A stretch of DNA of 64,000 nucleotides, taken from positions 599 through 64,598 of the forward strand of contig JBAZPX010000003.1 in assembly GCA_041645555.1 (NCBI GenBank), read 5' to 3'. This DNA is from Patescibacteria group bacterium (lineage in GTDB: Bacteria > Patescibacteriota > Patescibacteriia > Patescibacteriales > JAQTRU01). The position numbers and the translations under genes are program-made. Below the pieces are notes generated by a model. That model did not search any database. It was not told the DNA's origin and saw only the letters and a list, made by a program, of their open reading frames with translations. Position 1 is the first letter of the stretch. Each line of letters starts with the position of its first letter. Positions 19,095 through 27,040 of this stretch are shown in pieces.

Positions 19095-19148
19095 TATAAA
19101 AAAAGAGGCTCGGCTAAACGTGATTGAGTTATCACGCTTAACCGAGCC
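19095..19148 (-). terminator. strong intrinsic terminator ending the small-ORF operon
   Basis: An 18-bp stem (19148-19131 with 19124-19107) that is complete only on the minus-strand RNA, where two positions are G-U pairs (they are C-A mismatches on the plus strand). Followed by TCTTTTTTT. Confidence 0.7.
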
Positions 19149-19153
19149 AAAAG

Positions 19154-19186
19154 TTACCACCAGTCGTCCCAGCTCCAGCCGCCCAT
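19154..19186 (-). CDS. 10-codon Trp-rich micro-ORF MGGWSWDDWW
   Basis: ATGGGCGGCTGGAGCTGGGACGACTGGTGGTAA. Its ATG starts 1 nt after the upstream ORF stop (GAGGTATAAAATG), which suggests translational coupling. A terminator follows immediately. Confidence 0.35.
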   Translation of the reverse strand: MGGWSWDDWW

Positions 19187-19187
19187 T

Positions 19188-19343
19188 TTATACCTCTGCC
19201 GTTTCGGTTTCGGGTTCAGACAGTATCTGTCGTGCCACGAGGAGTATTCTCCCTGCCTTTTTTGGGAAAGCTTGGAGAACTCTTTCTATCTGTTCCATCG
19301 CTAGTTCCTCGGGCGTTAGCGGTTTTTCATTTTTTTTAGCCAT
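19188..19343 (-). CDS. 51-aa small helical protein
   Basis: MAKKNEKPLTPEELAMEQIERVLQAFPKKAGRILLVARQILSEPETETAEV. AGAGGAAAC lies 4 nt upstream of the ATG. This is the internal start of track ORF 19188-19418. Confidence 0.5.
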   Translation of the reverse strand: MAKKNEKPLTPEELAMEQIERVLQAFPKKAGRILLVARQILSEPETETAEV

Positions 19344-19377
19344 TTTGTTTCCTCTTTCTGCGGTGATATTTGTTTTT

Positions 19378-19557
19378 TTACCATTTTCCCCAAGGGCCGG
19401 GTCCCATCCTGCCGACAAAACCTTTTCTGTCTTGATGATCCAGGTTTTCCCCTGTTGCCTTTACGGAATTCGGAAATCCCGTTTCCGCTGTTTCGGCGTT
19501 TGATTGTTTTTTGTCATTTCCGGTAAAGTCAGCCGGATTTTTTTCTTGTTCAGCCAT
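19378..19557 (-). CDS. 59-aa small protein ending GPGPWGKW
   Basis: MAEQEKNPADFTGND...GRMGPGPWGKW. AAGGAGG lies 6 nt upstream of the ATG. This is the internal start of track ORF 19378-19629. Confidence 0.5.
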   Translation of the reverse strand: MAEQEKNPADFTGNDKKQSNAETAETGFPNSVKATGENLDHQDRKGFVGRMGPGPWGKW

Positions 19558-19831
19558 TGTTCCCTCCTTTTGGGTTGGCTGTTTGTTTTTAAAAAGGACG
19601 TGAAATTTTTGTGCGGTTTTCCGATACAAAAAACTGGCTCCCCTGTACGAGGAGCCAGTTTTCGTTTTCCCTAGTGAGTCTAACTTATATAGTTAAAGCA
19701 TCACAAAAAACTGATCTCCTCGTAAGACCATAAAACCAGAAACCGAAGAAATAAGTTTTTCGTAATGCCTTAGTCATAAAATATTGAGTTTACCCCGTTA
19801 GATAATATATTTAATGGGATTTTACTCTCTG
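19558..19831 (-). promoter_or_regulatory. ~270-nt leader containing an intrinsic-terminator hairpin (candidate attenuator, riboswitch or separate sRNA)
   Basis: The hairpin CTGGCTCC/GGAGCCAG (19634-19658) is followed by TTTTTTG on the minus strand. It lies between the promoter at 19838-19865 and the first small ORF. Confidence 0.35.
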
Positions 19832-19837
19832 TGGATA

Positions 19838-19865
19838 ATTATATCATAGATATTGGTAAAGTCAA
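19838..19865 (-). promoter_or_regulatory. near-consensus promoter for the small-ORF operon
   Basis: On the minus strand: TTGACT (19865-19860), 16-nt spacer, TATAAT (19843-19838). Confidence 0.55.
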
Positions 19866-19917
19866 ACGAAATGTGGATTTTTATGATTTTTATTATATAA
19901 ATTAGCTAATATTAGAT

Positions 19918-19955
19918 ATAAATTAAAAGGCAACTTGTTTTTAGCAAATTGCCTT
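19918..19955 (-). terminator. terminator after the 129-aa gene
   Basis: On the minus strand, AAGGCAA / TTGCCTT stem followed by TTAATTT. Confidence 0.5.
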
Positions 19956-19976
19956 TATTTCCCAAATTTTTGCATT

Positions 19977-20366
19977 TCAGGCCGTTAAGTCCTGAAAGCA
20001 GTTGAGCATGGCCTTAGCTAAAGCCATATGGGAGTTGGTTGGGTGTTTTCCACCTCTTTTGCAGCTTCGGCCATCTCCATTTGAGCCAATCCGGATATGG
20101 GCGTGAGCTTTACATCCGCCTTTATAAGGCGAGTTAGCTCCGCAAGAAAGAAGAACTATTTCCTGGCCATCGCCTAAGACAGGGGCGCAAGAAACAAACA
20201 TTTCTCTTATTGCCCTGAATATGGCATGATGGACATTTTCTTTTCCCTGGCTAGCGCAGGCAACCTTTTTTTCGCCCGCTGAAGTGGCGAAAACCAGGGT
20301 AGCAGTCGGAACCATTTCCGTCCCATCTGATACCTGCACAGTTTTTACGGCGAGATTAGCAATCAT
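19977..20366 (-). CDS. stand-alone LeuA/CimA allosteric (LeuA_dimer-like) domain protein, Cys-rich
   Basis: 129-aa ORF. VKTVQVSDGTEMVPTATLVF...ASQGKENVHHAIFRAI and ...GGKHPTNSHMALAKAMLNCF parallel the two halves of the isopropylmalate/citramalate synthase regulatory domain as I remember it. Confidence 0.55.
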   Translation of the reverse strand: MIANLAVKTVQVSDGTEMVPTATLVFATSAGEKKVACASQGKENVHHAIFRAIREMFVSCAPVLGDGQEIVLLSCGANSPYKGGCKAHAHIRIGSNGDGRSCKRGGKHPTNSHMALAKAMLNCFQDLTA

Positions 20367-20379
20367 TTTTTTTCCTTGT

Positions 20380-20511
20380 TTAGAGATCCATTATGCCGAC
20401 GAAGGTTATTTCTTCCCCATTCCACCAAGTCAATTTTTCATCAGGGCTGGGGCTTTTAGGCGGTTCGTTTTCTTGGCCATCCGTTCCCGGTTTTTTCTCG
20501 TCTTCTTTCAT
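20380..20511 (-). CDS. 43-aa acidic small protein with a WW motif
   Basis: MKEDEKKPGTDGQENEPPKSPSPDEKLTWWNGEEITFVGIMDL. AAGGAGG lies 6 nt upstream. The ORF ends 13 nt before the 129-aa gene. It is below the track length cutoff. Confidence 0.45.
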   Translation of the reverse strand: MKEDEKKPGTDGQENEPPKSPSPDEKLTWWNGEEITFVGIMDL

Positions 20512-20739
20512 CTTGCGCCTCCTTGGTTATGGATAATTGTGCGGTTGCATACTTCGTAATGAACAATCAAAAAAACCACCCCATTTGGGTGGCTTTCCTA
20601 TAATATTATTTATAATTCTATTTATCTTTTATCTGTACGAAAACAAGCCACCCGAGAGGGAAGTAAGAGCAACAATCCTAACAGCAAATTTTTTTGGATA
20701 ACTTGTTTCATATTGTTAAAACCAGTATAGCATGCCCAG

Positions 20740-20781
20740 AAAAAAAAGCAACCCCCTTGCAAAATAAATTTTACAAGGGGG
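20740..20781 (-). terminator. intrinsic terminator of the citramalate-synthase-like gene
   Basis: On the minus strand, CCCCCTTG / CAAGGGGG stem followed by TTGCTTTTTTTT. Confidence 0.65.
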
Positions 20782-20790
20782 TTTTTATAG

Positions 20791-22353
20791 TTATTCTTTT
20801 CCCTCCTTTTCTTTTTCTTTAACAATTCGGTAAAGATAGGCATCCCAAAGAACTTCCCAGCTAGCTTCTTGGAAATCAGCATTAACACCGATGACAGTCC
20901 AGGATTCGTGCTCATCAGTAAAAGTAGCGATTACCCTGACTTTAGCCGCGGTGTCAAGTTCGAGATTAAAGACTTCCATCTTGAAATCAGCCAGCTTTAC
21001 TTCTTCTAAGAAAGAAAAATAAGGAAGTAAAGCTCGGCGCAGAGCCTGGTTTAGGCCGTCAACTCCGCCTGCTCCCTCGGCGTTAACCAGCTCTTTTTTA
21101 CCATCTACAAATATGGTTAGGCTGGCTTCACTTTGGACTGGTTGCCGGCGGATTTTTTCATCCCATGTTCTCCATTTTTCGAATCTAGGAAGGAGCGGAA
21201 GTTTTCCTAATTTTCCCAGGAGCCACAGATAAAGAGATGCCCGAGCCTGTCCCAAATCTTTGCCCTCGTCGCAGAACCGGTTAAAATCAGCCATGAATTC
21301 TTTGGCTAATTTTTTGGTGATAACCAGGCCAAGCTCTTTTGCCACTTGCACTAAAGTAGAAGCTCCGGAGCCTTTCCCCAGTTCGGTTCTTTTCTTGTTG
21401 CCGACAAATTTTGGGGGAGCATGGAGGTAGCTGCCAGGGTCCCTGGCAAGGCCATCTGAATGCATGCCAACTTTAGTAGCGAAGGCATTTTCTCCTACCC
21501 AGGGTTCAGACGGGTTTGGCTTGATGTTTAACGCCCGGCAGACGAGGAGATAGACAGAGCAAAGCTTTCGCAGGGAGTTAAGGGGAAAATTGTTTATTCC
21601 CCGCTCTTTCCAAACTAGGTTAGGAAGAAACGTAGTTATGGCTGCGTTGCCGGCTCTCTCACCGATGGTGCCGATCGTTCCCTGAATATGGCTTACGCCT
21701 AACCTCCAAGCTAGTTCAGATAGAGCCGAAGCTCTTCCTTGGTCATTGTGAAAATGGACGCCAAGCCGTTCCAGGGGAATGATTTTTGAAACCTCGGTGA
21801 TTACTTGTTCAACTTGATCAAAATCCATTCCACCGTTGGTGTCGCAGAGGACTATCCAACTTACCCCGGATTCGGCCGCGGTCTGAAGAATTTTTTGGGC
21901 ATAGTCTCTGTCACCATTTAACCAGGCGTCAAAAGCATGTTCGGCGTCAAAGATTACTTCTAATCCAGCCTCTACCAAAGTTCTTATCGAATCCCCGATA
22001 ACCCGGAGATAATCATCCGGATCCTGCCTTAATGATTTTTCCACATCCCGCCGACGGGTTTTGCCAACCAAGACGCCAACTGGAACCCCGAGCTTTATGA
22101 TGTTTTTTACATCATTCGGATGAGTTCGGCCAAAAACGGCAATCTTAGCTTTTAGTTTCAAAACTAGCGCTTTCTTGACAATTTCCTGGGTACTATTATG
22201 GAGATCTGCAAAACCTAATTCCAGGTACTTGACGCCTAATTTAGAAATCGCAGAAGCCGCTTTTAAAACATCAGCGGTGTTAGTTATTTCTGCTTCCATC
22301 CCTTGGGCGCCGTCCCGAAAAGTCGTGTCCAAAACTACTAATTTCCTTCCCAT
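20791..22353 (-). CDS. cimA: citramalate synthase / 2-isopropylmalate synthase family protein (CimA-like)
   Basis: 520-aa ORF. The N-terminal DTTFRDGAQG motif and HFHNDQG indicate a DRE-TIM aldolase. The C-terminal regulatory domain shows EGAGGVDGLNQALRRAL. The RDGAQ variant fits the citramalate-synthase subgroup as I recall it. Confidence 0.8.
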   Translation of the reverse strand: MGRKLVVLDTTFRDGAQGMEAEITNTADVLKAASAISKLGVKYLELGFADLHNSTQEIVKKALVLKLKAKIAVFGRTHPNDVKNIIKLGVPVGVLVGKTRRRDVEKSLRQDPDDYLRVIGDSIRTLVEAGLEVIFDAEHAFDAWLNGDRDYAQKILQTAAESGVSWIVLCDTNGGMDFDQVEQVITEVSKIIPLERLGVHFHNDQGRASALSELAWRLGVSHIQGTIGTIGERAGNAAITTFLPNLVWKERGINNFPLNSLRKLCSVYLLVCRALNIKPNPSEPWVGENAFATKVGMHSDGLARDPGSYLHAPPKFVGNKKRTELGKGSGASTLVQVAKELGLVITKKLAKEFMADFNRFCDEGKDLGQARASLYLWLLGKLGKLPLLPRFEKWRTWDEKIRRQPVQSEASLTIFVDGKKELVNAEGAGGVDGLNQALRRALLPYFSFLEEVKLADFKMEVFNLELDTAAKVRVIATFTDEHESWTVIGVNADFQEASWEVLWDAYLYRIVKEKEKEGKE

Positions 22354-22729
22354 CTTTTACCTCCGTTGATGGTTGCGGTTTTTATCTGTTAAGAAACATT
22401 TTTCAAAGAGCCAAAAAATAGACTAAACAAAAAATCGCCTTGCTTTGAAGACGATTTTTTGACGATTTTTATTTTAATATTTTGTTTATTCTAATTTTGC
22501 CTTCAAAGCACAATAAAAGTGATTATCAATAATGATAATCCCGATAATGCCAATAATAACTATTGTGCCTTGGATTAGATTCATATTATTATTTTTATCT
22601 TAAAGGATTATTTTTAATTTGTCAAATGCTTTATAAAATTAGGCAAATTCGGCTTTCCCGCTAATTTGCCAAAAGCCTTTAAATAATATAGAATAAAGAT
22701 ATATTTACTATATTATTTACAAAAATTAT

Positions 22730-23944
22730 ATGGCAAAAGTTATAACGGACAAAGACAAAATTGAGGAAGTTTTAGAGCGGGGAGTGGAAAATATTTATCC
22801 CAATCGCGAGGAGCTGGAGAAATTTTTATTGTCGGGGAAGAAATTAAGGATTTATAACGGCATTGATCCAACGGGCGAATTGCACATAGGCCACGGGGTG
22901 GTCTTAAAAAAACTTCGCCAATTTCAGGATTTAGGGCATGAAGTAATTGTTTTAATTGGTGATTTCACCGCCCGGATTGGCGATCCGACCGATAAATTAT
23001 CCGCCCGCAAGAAATTATCAAAAAAACAGGTTGAAGAAAATTCAGCTAATTATAAAAAGCTTATTGGGAAAATTTTAGATTTAAAAAAATCAAATGTCCG
23101 ATTTTTGCATAACGAGAAATGGACCAACAAGTTAAGGCCGGAGGATATGCTTGAACTCGCTTCTTATTTTACGGTTTCCCGGCTGCTGGAGCGCGATATG
23201 TTCCAGGAAAGAATCAAGCAAGAGAAAGAAATTTATGTCCATGAATTTTTATATCCTATCTTTCAGGCTTATGACAGCGTCACCATGGATGTTGATATGG
23301 AAATCGGCGGCAATGACCAGACGTTTAATATGTTAGCTGGCCGGACTTTGATGAGAAAAATGAAAAATAAAGAAAAATTTGTTCTGACTACTAAGTTGTT
23401 AGTTGATTCTGCCGGAAAGAAAATGGGCAAAACCGAAGGCAATATGGTTAATCTAGATGAGAAACCTTGGAATATGTATGGCAAAATTATGTCTTGGTCG
23501 GACGGGCTTATCGGGATAGGCTTTGAGATTTGTACCAACTTGCCTTTTGACGAAGCGAAAAAAATGCAGGCAGAATTGAATGAGGGGAAAATTAATCCCA
23601 GAGATTTAAAAATGAAATTGGCTTATGAAATTGTAAAAATTTATCATGGCGAAAAAGAAGCTAAGGCGGCGCAGGATTATTTTATTAAAACTATACAAAA
23701 GAAGGAAACGCCGGATGAAGTTAAGAGTAAAAAGCTAAAAGTAAAAAGTATAAATATAGTTGATCTATTGGTGGAGGTGGAACTGGCGAGCAGCAAGAGC
23801 GAAGCGCGGCGCTTAATTGAGCAGGGAGGTATAAAAGTAGATGAAAAAGTTGTAAAAGATATTAACGTGAAAGTTGAAGCGACAAAAGATGGTATTTTGA
23901 TACAGAGAGGAAAGAGGCAGTTCGTCAGAGTAGTTGGTAGTTAA
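22730..23944 (+). CDS. tyrS: tyrosine--tRNA ligase
   Basis: 404-aa ORF with class I motifs PTGELHIGHGV and KMGKT, and a C-terminal S4 domain (ARRLIEQGGIKVDEKVV). Confidence 0.95.
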   Translation: MAKVITDKDKIEEVLERGVENIYPNREELEKFLLSGKKLRIYNGIDPTGELHIGHGVVLKKLRQFQDLGHEVIVLIGDFTARIGDPTDKLSARKKLSKKQVEENSANYKKLIGKILDLKKSNVRFLHNEKWTNKLRPEDMLELASYFTVSRLLERDMFQERIKQEKEIYVHEFLYPIFQAYDSVTMDVDMEIGGNDQTFNMLAGRTLMRKMKNKEKFVLTTKLLVDSAGKKMGKTEGNMVNLDEKPWNMYGKIMSWSDGLIGIGFEICTNLPFDEAKKMQAELNEGKINPRDLKMKLAYEIVKIYHGEKEAKAAQDYFIKTIQKKETPDEVKSKKLKVKSINIVDLLVEVELASSKSEARRLIEQGGIKVDEKVVKDINVKVEATKDGILIQRGKRQFVRVVGS

Positions 23945-23947
23945 TTT

Positions 23948-23973
23948 GACGCTTCGCTAGGACCTGCTTTTGT
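23948..23973. repeat. 26-nt repeat GACGCTTCGCTAGGACCTGCTTTTGT (second copy at 29858-29883)
   Basis: 25 of 26 positions are identical between the two copies. Both start within about 20 nt after a gene stop (tyrS; comEC-like). Confidence 0.7.
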
Positions 23974-23992
23974 CATCCGGCCTTTTTTTTCT

Positions 23993-24196
23993 TTGTCATC
24001 CCGGCCTCCGAGCCGGGATCCAGGGTCAGGCGGCACGGACGCTGCATATAACATGAAGGGGGAAAGAAATTATTACGTCTATATTTTAGCCAGTAGAAGA
24101 AATGGCACATTATATATTGGCGTGACTAATAATTTATTAAATAGAGGTTTCCAGCACAAAATAAAAAAAGTAATTACCGAAAATTTTTCTTTATAA
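23993..24196 (+). pseudogene. truncated GIY-YIG nuclease gene preceded by GC-rich palindromic repeat
   Basis: NYYVYILASRRNGTLYIGVTNNLLNRGFQHK is a GIY-YIG N-terminal half. The ORF stops after about 45 domain residues. Upstream lies a CCCGGCCTCCGAGCCGGG hairpin repeat. Confidence 0.5.
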
Positions 24197-24222
24197 TTAA
24201 ATCTATTTGTTTGTCGTAGAAT

Positions 24223-24711
24223 ATGTCAAAATTAATAAATTATAGGGATATCCCAGTTGAAAAATGGTCGAAATCATTAAATATAAAATGGAGTTTCGAT
24301 TTAAAAAATCAAGTATATGACCGGTACAGGGAAGAGGCATATTATGATGATGGCACTCAATTTATAGCTGGCTGGGTAAATATGGATGTTTTTTTTCACT
24401 CCATACCTAAATTACATCAATTAAAGGGTAATGATATTTGGAAGTATAGAAATGTAAATAAAATAAACGGAGCAATAAATTTTTGGAAAAAGGGAGGAAA
24501 AATGACACCACCTATTATTGATACATTGGTAAATTATTCTAAATCGGCTAGACTGCCAATTTTAAAGATAAAAGATGGAATAATTATCAGAGCAGGATTC
24601 CATAGATTTTCAGTCTGTTGTCTGGTTAATTTAGATGAAATGCCATTTTTTACACCAGTAGAATCACAAAAAGATGTTGAGGCAAAATTAGGGGTTGTTC
24701 GTTGGGTTTAA
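24223..24711 (+). CDS. hypothetical protein
   Basis: 162-aa AT-rich ORF. A weak DG..R.G.HR-like stretch (KDGIIIRAGFHR) hints at a ParB/Srx-like fold, but this is not solid. Confidence 0.55.
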   Translation: MSKLINYRDIPVEKWSKSLNIKWSFDLKNQVYDRYREEAYYDDGTQFIAGWVNMDVFFHSIPKLHQLKGNDIWKYRNVNKINGAINFWKKGGKMTPPIIDTLVNYSKSARLPILKIKDGIIIRAGFHRFSVCCLVNLDEMPFFTPVESQKDVEAKLGVVRWV

Positions 24712-24840
24712 ATTATAATTTTTTTAAAACCATTTCAACTATATCCCAAGCTCTGAAATTTATTTGTAGTTTGTACGGTTTAACCCTGGATTCCCGCCTG
24801 TGCGGGAATGACAGTAACGGGGGGCACTAACATTAAGACT

Positions 24841-26604
24841 ATGTATACTTTAGAAAAAATAAAAGAACATATTGCGGAAAAAATAAATAAGGCGCTTGGC
24901 GGGACTTCGACTGGCTTCCCTCAACGAAGTTCGGGACAGGCAGCACGGGGGATTATCCAGGCGTCGGCTTTAGTTTATCCGCCGGAATCGGCAATGGGAG
25001 ATTTAAGTTTGTCTTGCTTCCAGTTAGTAAAAGCGACAAAAAAATCTCCGGCCGAGTCAGCGGATTTTCTAATCGGCAAGATTTCGGCTGATGATATGGT
25101 TGTTAATTTGAGAGCGGTTGGTCCGTATCTTAATTTTACGATTAACAAAGAATATTTAACCGGGGAAGTGATAAAAGAAATATTTAAAGAGAAGGAGGGG
25201 TATGGAAAAAATAAATCAGGCAAAAGCGAAAAAGTAATGATAGAATATTCCAACGCCAATACCCACAAAGAATATCATGTCGGGCATCTGCGTAATATCT
25301 GCTACGGGGAAGCGGTCAGGAGTATTTTAGAAGTTAACGGATATAAAGTAATTCCGGTTTCCTATATTAATGATTTTGGCATCCATGTGGCCAAGACTTT
25401 ATGGAATTATGAAAATTTCATAAAAGAAAAAAAATTGGGAGAAAAAGTAGAAGCGATGCCAGCCGAAGAAAAAGGTTATCTTCTTGGAGAAATTTATGTT
25501 GACGCCTGTAGGCGGGAGGAAAAAGATAAAACCGCCAAGACCATGGTCGGCTTTATGATGAAGAAAATTGAAAGCCGGAAAGGCGCTGAATTTGAGCTTT
25601 GGCAGAAAACCAGAGACTGGAGCATAAAATATTTTGATAAAATTTACAAAGAATTGGGAGTTGAATTTAAGGAAATTTTTTACGAAAGCCAGTTTATAGA
25701 CAAGGGTTTAAAAATGGTGAAAGAACTTTTGGCTAAAGGGATTTTGAAAAAAAGCGAAGGGGCGGTGATTGCTGATTTGGAAAAATTAGGCGTGCTTTTA
25801 TTCCTGCGTTCGGACGGCACCGCCCTTTATCCGGTCGCGGATATCCCCCTGGCAATTGAGAAATTTAAGAAATATAAAATTAAAAAATCGATTTATGTCG
25901 TGGATATCCGGCAGGGCTTGTATTTTAAGCAATTAATTTCTTTGCTTCGCCAGATGGGATATAACCAGGAAATTATTCATCTTGGCTATGAATTTGTAAA
26001 ATTACCTTCGGGCATGATGTCTTCCCGGACCGGCAATGTTATTACCTATAGGAGTTTAAAAGAGGAGATGCTTAGTCAAGCTATAAAAGAAACGAGAAAG
26101 AGGCATAAGGACTGGCCGCAGAAAAGAGTGGAAGAAGCGGCAGGAAAAATCACTTTGGGCGCGATGAAATTTGAGATGATGAAAGTTAGCGCCGGCAGCG
26201 TTATTACTTTTGATACGGCCAAGGCCCTGCAGTTTGAAGGCTATACCGCGGCTTATCTGCAATATACGTACGCCAGGATTCAGAGTATATTTAAAAAGGC
26301 AAAAGGCAAAAGGCAAAAGGCAAAAGTTGATAATTTGAAAGAAGAAAAAGAAAATAATTTAATTATCAAGCTGGCGAAATATCCGGAAGCGGTTAGAAAA
26401 GCCGGGGAGAGTTATGACCCGGCGGAAATTTCCAAGTATTTATTTGAACTAGGGCAGGATTTTAATGATTATTATCATAGCGTGCCGGTTTTAAAAGCCG
26501 ATGATGATATTCGCGAAGCAAGACTGGCAATGCTGGCCGCTATCAGCCAGGTATTGAAAAATGGGTTAGAATTATTAGGGATAGAGGCGATGGAAGAAAT
26601 GTAA
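24841..26604 (+). CDS. argS: arginine--tRNA ligase
   Basis: HVGHLRN (HIGH), the MSSRTG motif and a DALR-type C-terminus. The start is placed at MYTLEKIK (24841) because the longer track ORF (24808) begins inside a GC-rich repeat. Confidence 0.93.
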   Translation: MYTLEKIKEHIAEKINKALGGTSTGFPQRSSGQAARGIIQASALVYPPESAMGDLSLSCFQLVKATKKSPAESADFLIGKISADDMVVNLRAVGPYLNFTINKEYLTGEVIKEIFKEKEGYGKNKSGKSEKVMIEYSNANTHKEYHVGHLRNICYGEAVRSILEVNGYKVIPVSYINDFGIHVAKTLWNYENFIKEKKLGEKVEAMPAEEKGYLLGEIYVDACRREEKDKTAKTMVGFMMKKIESRKGAEFELWQKTRDWSIKYFDKIYKELGVEFKEIFYESQFIDKGLKMVKELLAKGILKKSEGAVIADLEKLGVLLFLRSDGTALYPVADIPLAIEKFKKYKIKKSIYVVDIRQGLYFKQLISLLRQMGYNQEIIHLGYEFVKLPSGMMSSRTGNVITYRSLKEEMLSQAIKETRKRHKDWPQKRVEEAAGKITLGAMKFEMMKVSAGSVITFDTAKALQFEGYTAAYLQYTYARIQSIFKKAKGKRQKAKVDNLKEEKENNLIIKLAKYPEAVRKAGESYDPAEISKYLFELGQDFNDYYHSVPVLKADDDIREARLAMLAAISQVLKNGLELLGIEAMEEM

Positions 26605-26618
26605 ATATTATTAATAAT

Positions 26619-27035
26619 ATGGGAGTAGTTAAGAAAAAATTAATGGTTGTCGGTAATTGGGCAGTAATTGTAAAAAGTAAAAAAGTACTGATGGTTAAAA
26701 GAGATGATCAGGAAATATTGGGAGCCGGAACCTGGAGCATCCCAGGCGGTAAATCCGAGAAAGGAAAAGATTGCTATAAGAATTTAGATAGGGAAGTTTT
26801 AGAGGAATCAAATTTAAAAATAAAGAATCCTGAATTTCTCTTGCATCTGGCTTGGCCCAGGGAAAACGATTGGGTAATGGGATTTTTCTGGTTAGTTGAT
26901 TATAAATCAGGTCAGGTTAAATTAAACCGCGAGCATACAGACTATAAGTGGATTTCCGGAGAAGAGGCTAAAAAGATTAAGACAACAAAGATGGTTAAGC
27001 GTATTTTAGAAGAAGCTTTTAAAAATATAAAATAA
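26619..27035 (+). CDS. NUDIX hydrolase
   Basis: 138-aa ORF with the Nudix box GGKSEKGKDCYKNLDREVLEESNL. Confidence 0.85.
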   Translation: MGVVKKKLMVVGNWAVIVKSKKVLMVKRDDQEILGAGTWSIPGGKSEKGKDCYKNLDREVLEESNLKIKNPEFLLHLAWPRENDWVMGFFWLVDYKSGQVKLNREHTDYKWISGEEAKKIKTTKMVKRILEEAFKNIK

Positions 27036-27040
27036 ATTAT

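Noticed and set aside
19081-19503. 140-aa plus-strand ORF overlapping the small-ORF operon
   Set aside because: It has no SD and a low-complexity Ser/Phe-rich product. The opposite strand has three ORFs with strong SDs, a promoter, and a terminator whose wobble pairs only work on the minus strand.
20622-20915. 97-aa minus-strand ORF, and an embedded 28-codon signal-peptide-like ORF (MKQVIQKNLLLGLLLLLPSRVAC...)
   Set aside because: The long ORF overlaps the 3' end and terminator of the CimA-like gene. The short ORF has no SD and would leave a 7-residue mature peptide. Neither is supportable.
22486-22584. 32-codon hydrophobic ORF (MNLIQGTIVIIGIIGIIIIDNHFYCALKAKLE), a possible type I toxin
   Set aside because: There is no recognisable SD, promoter or antisense RNA partner. 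In AT-rich sequence such an Ile-rich ORF can easily arise by chance.
22590-22729. T-box leaders upstream of tyrS, and likewise upstream of argS, glyQS, valS and pheS
   Set aside because: I looked for the conserved T-box core (..GGGTGGTACCGCG..-like) and for specifier-loop architecture, and found neither. The leaders are short or occupied by repeats.
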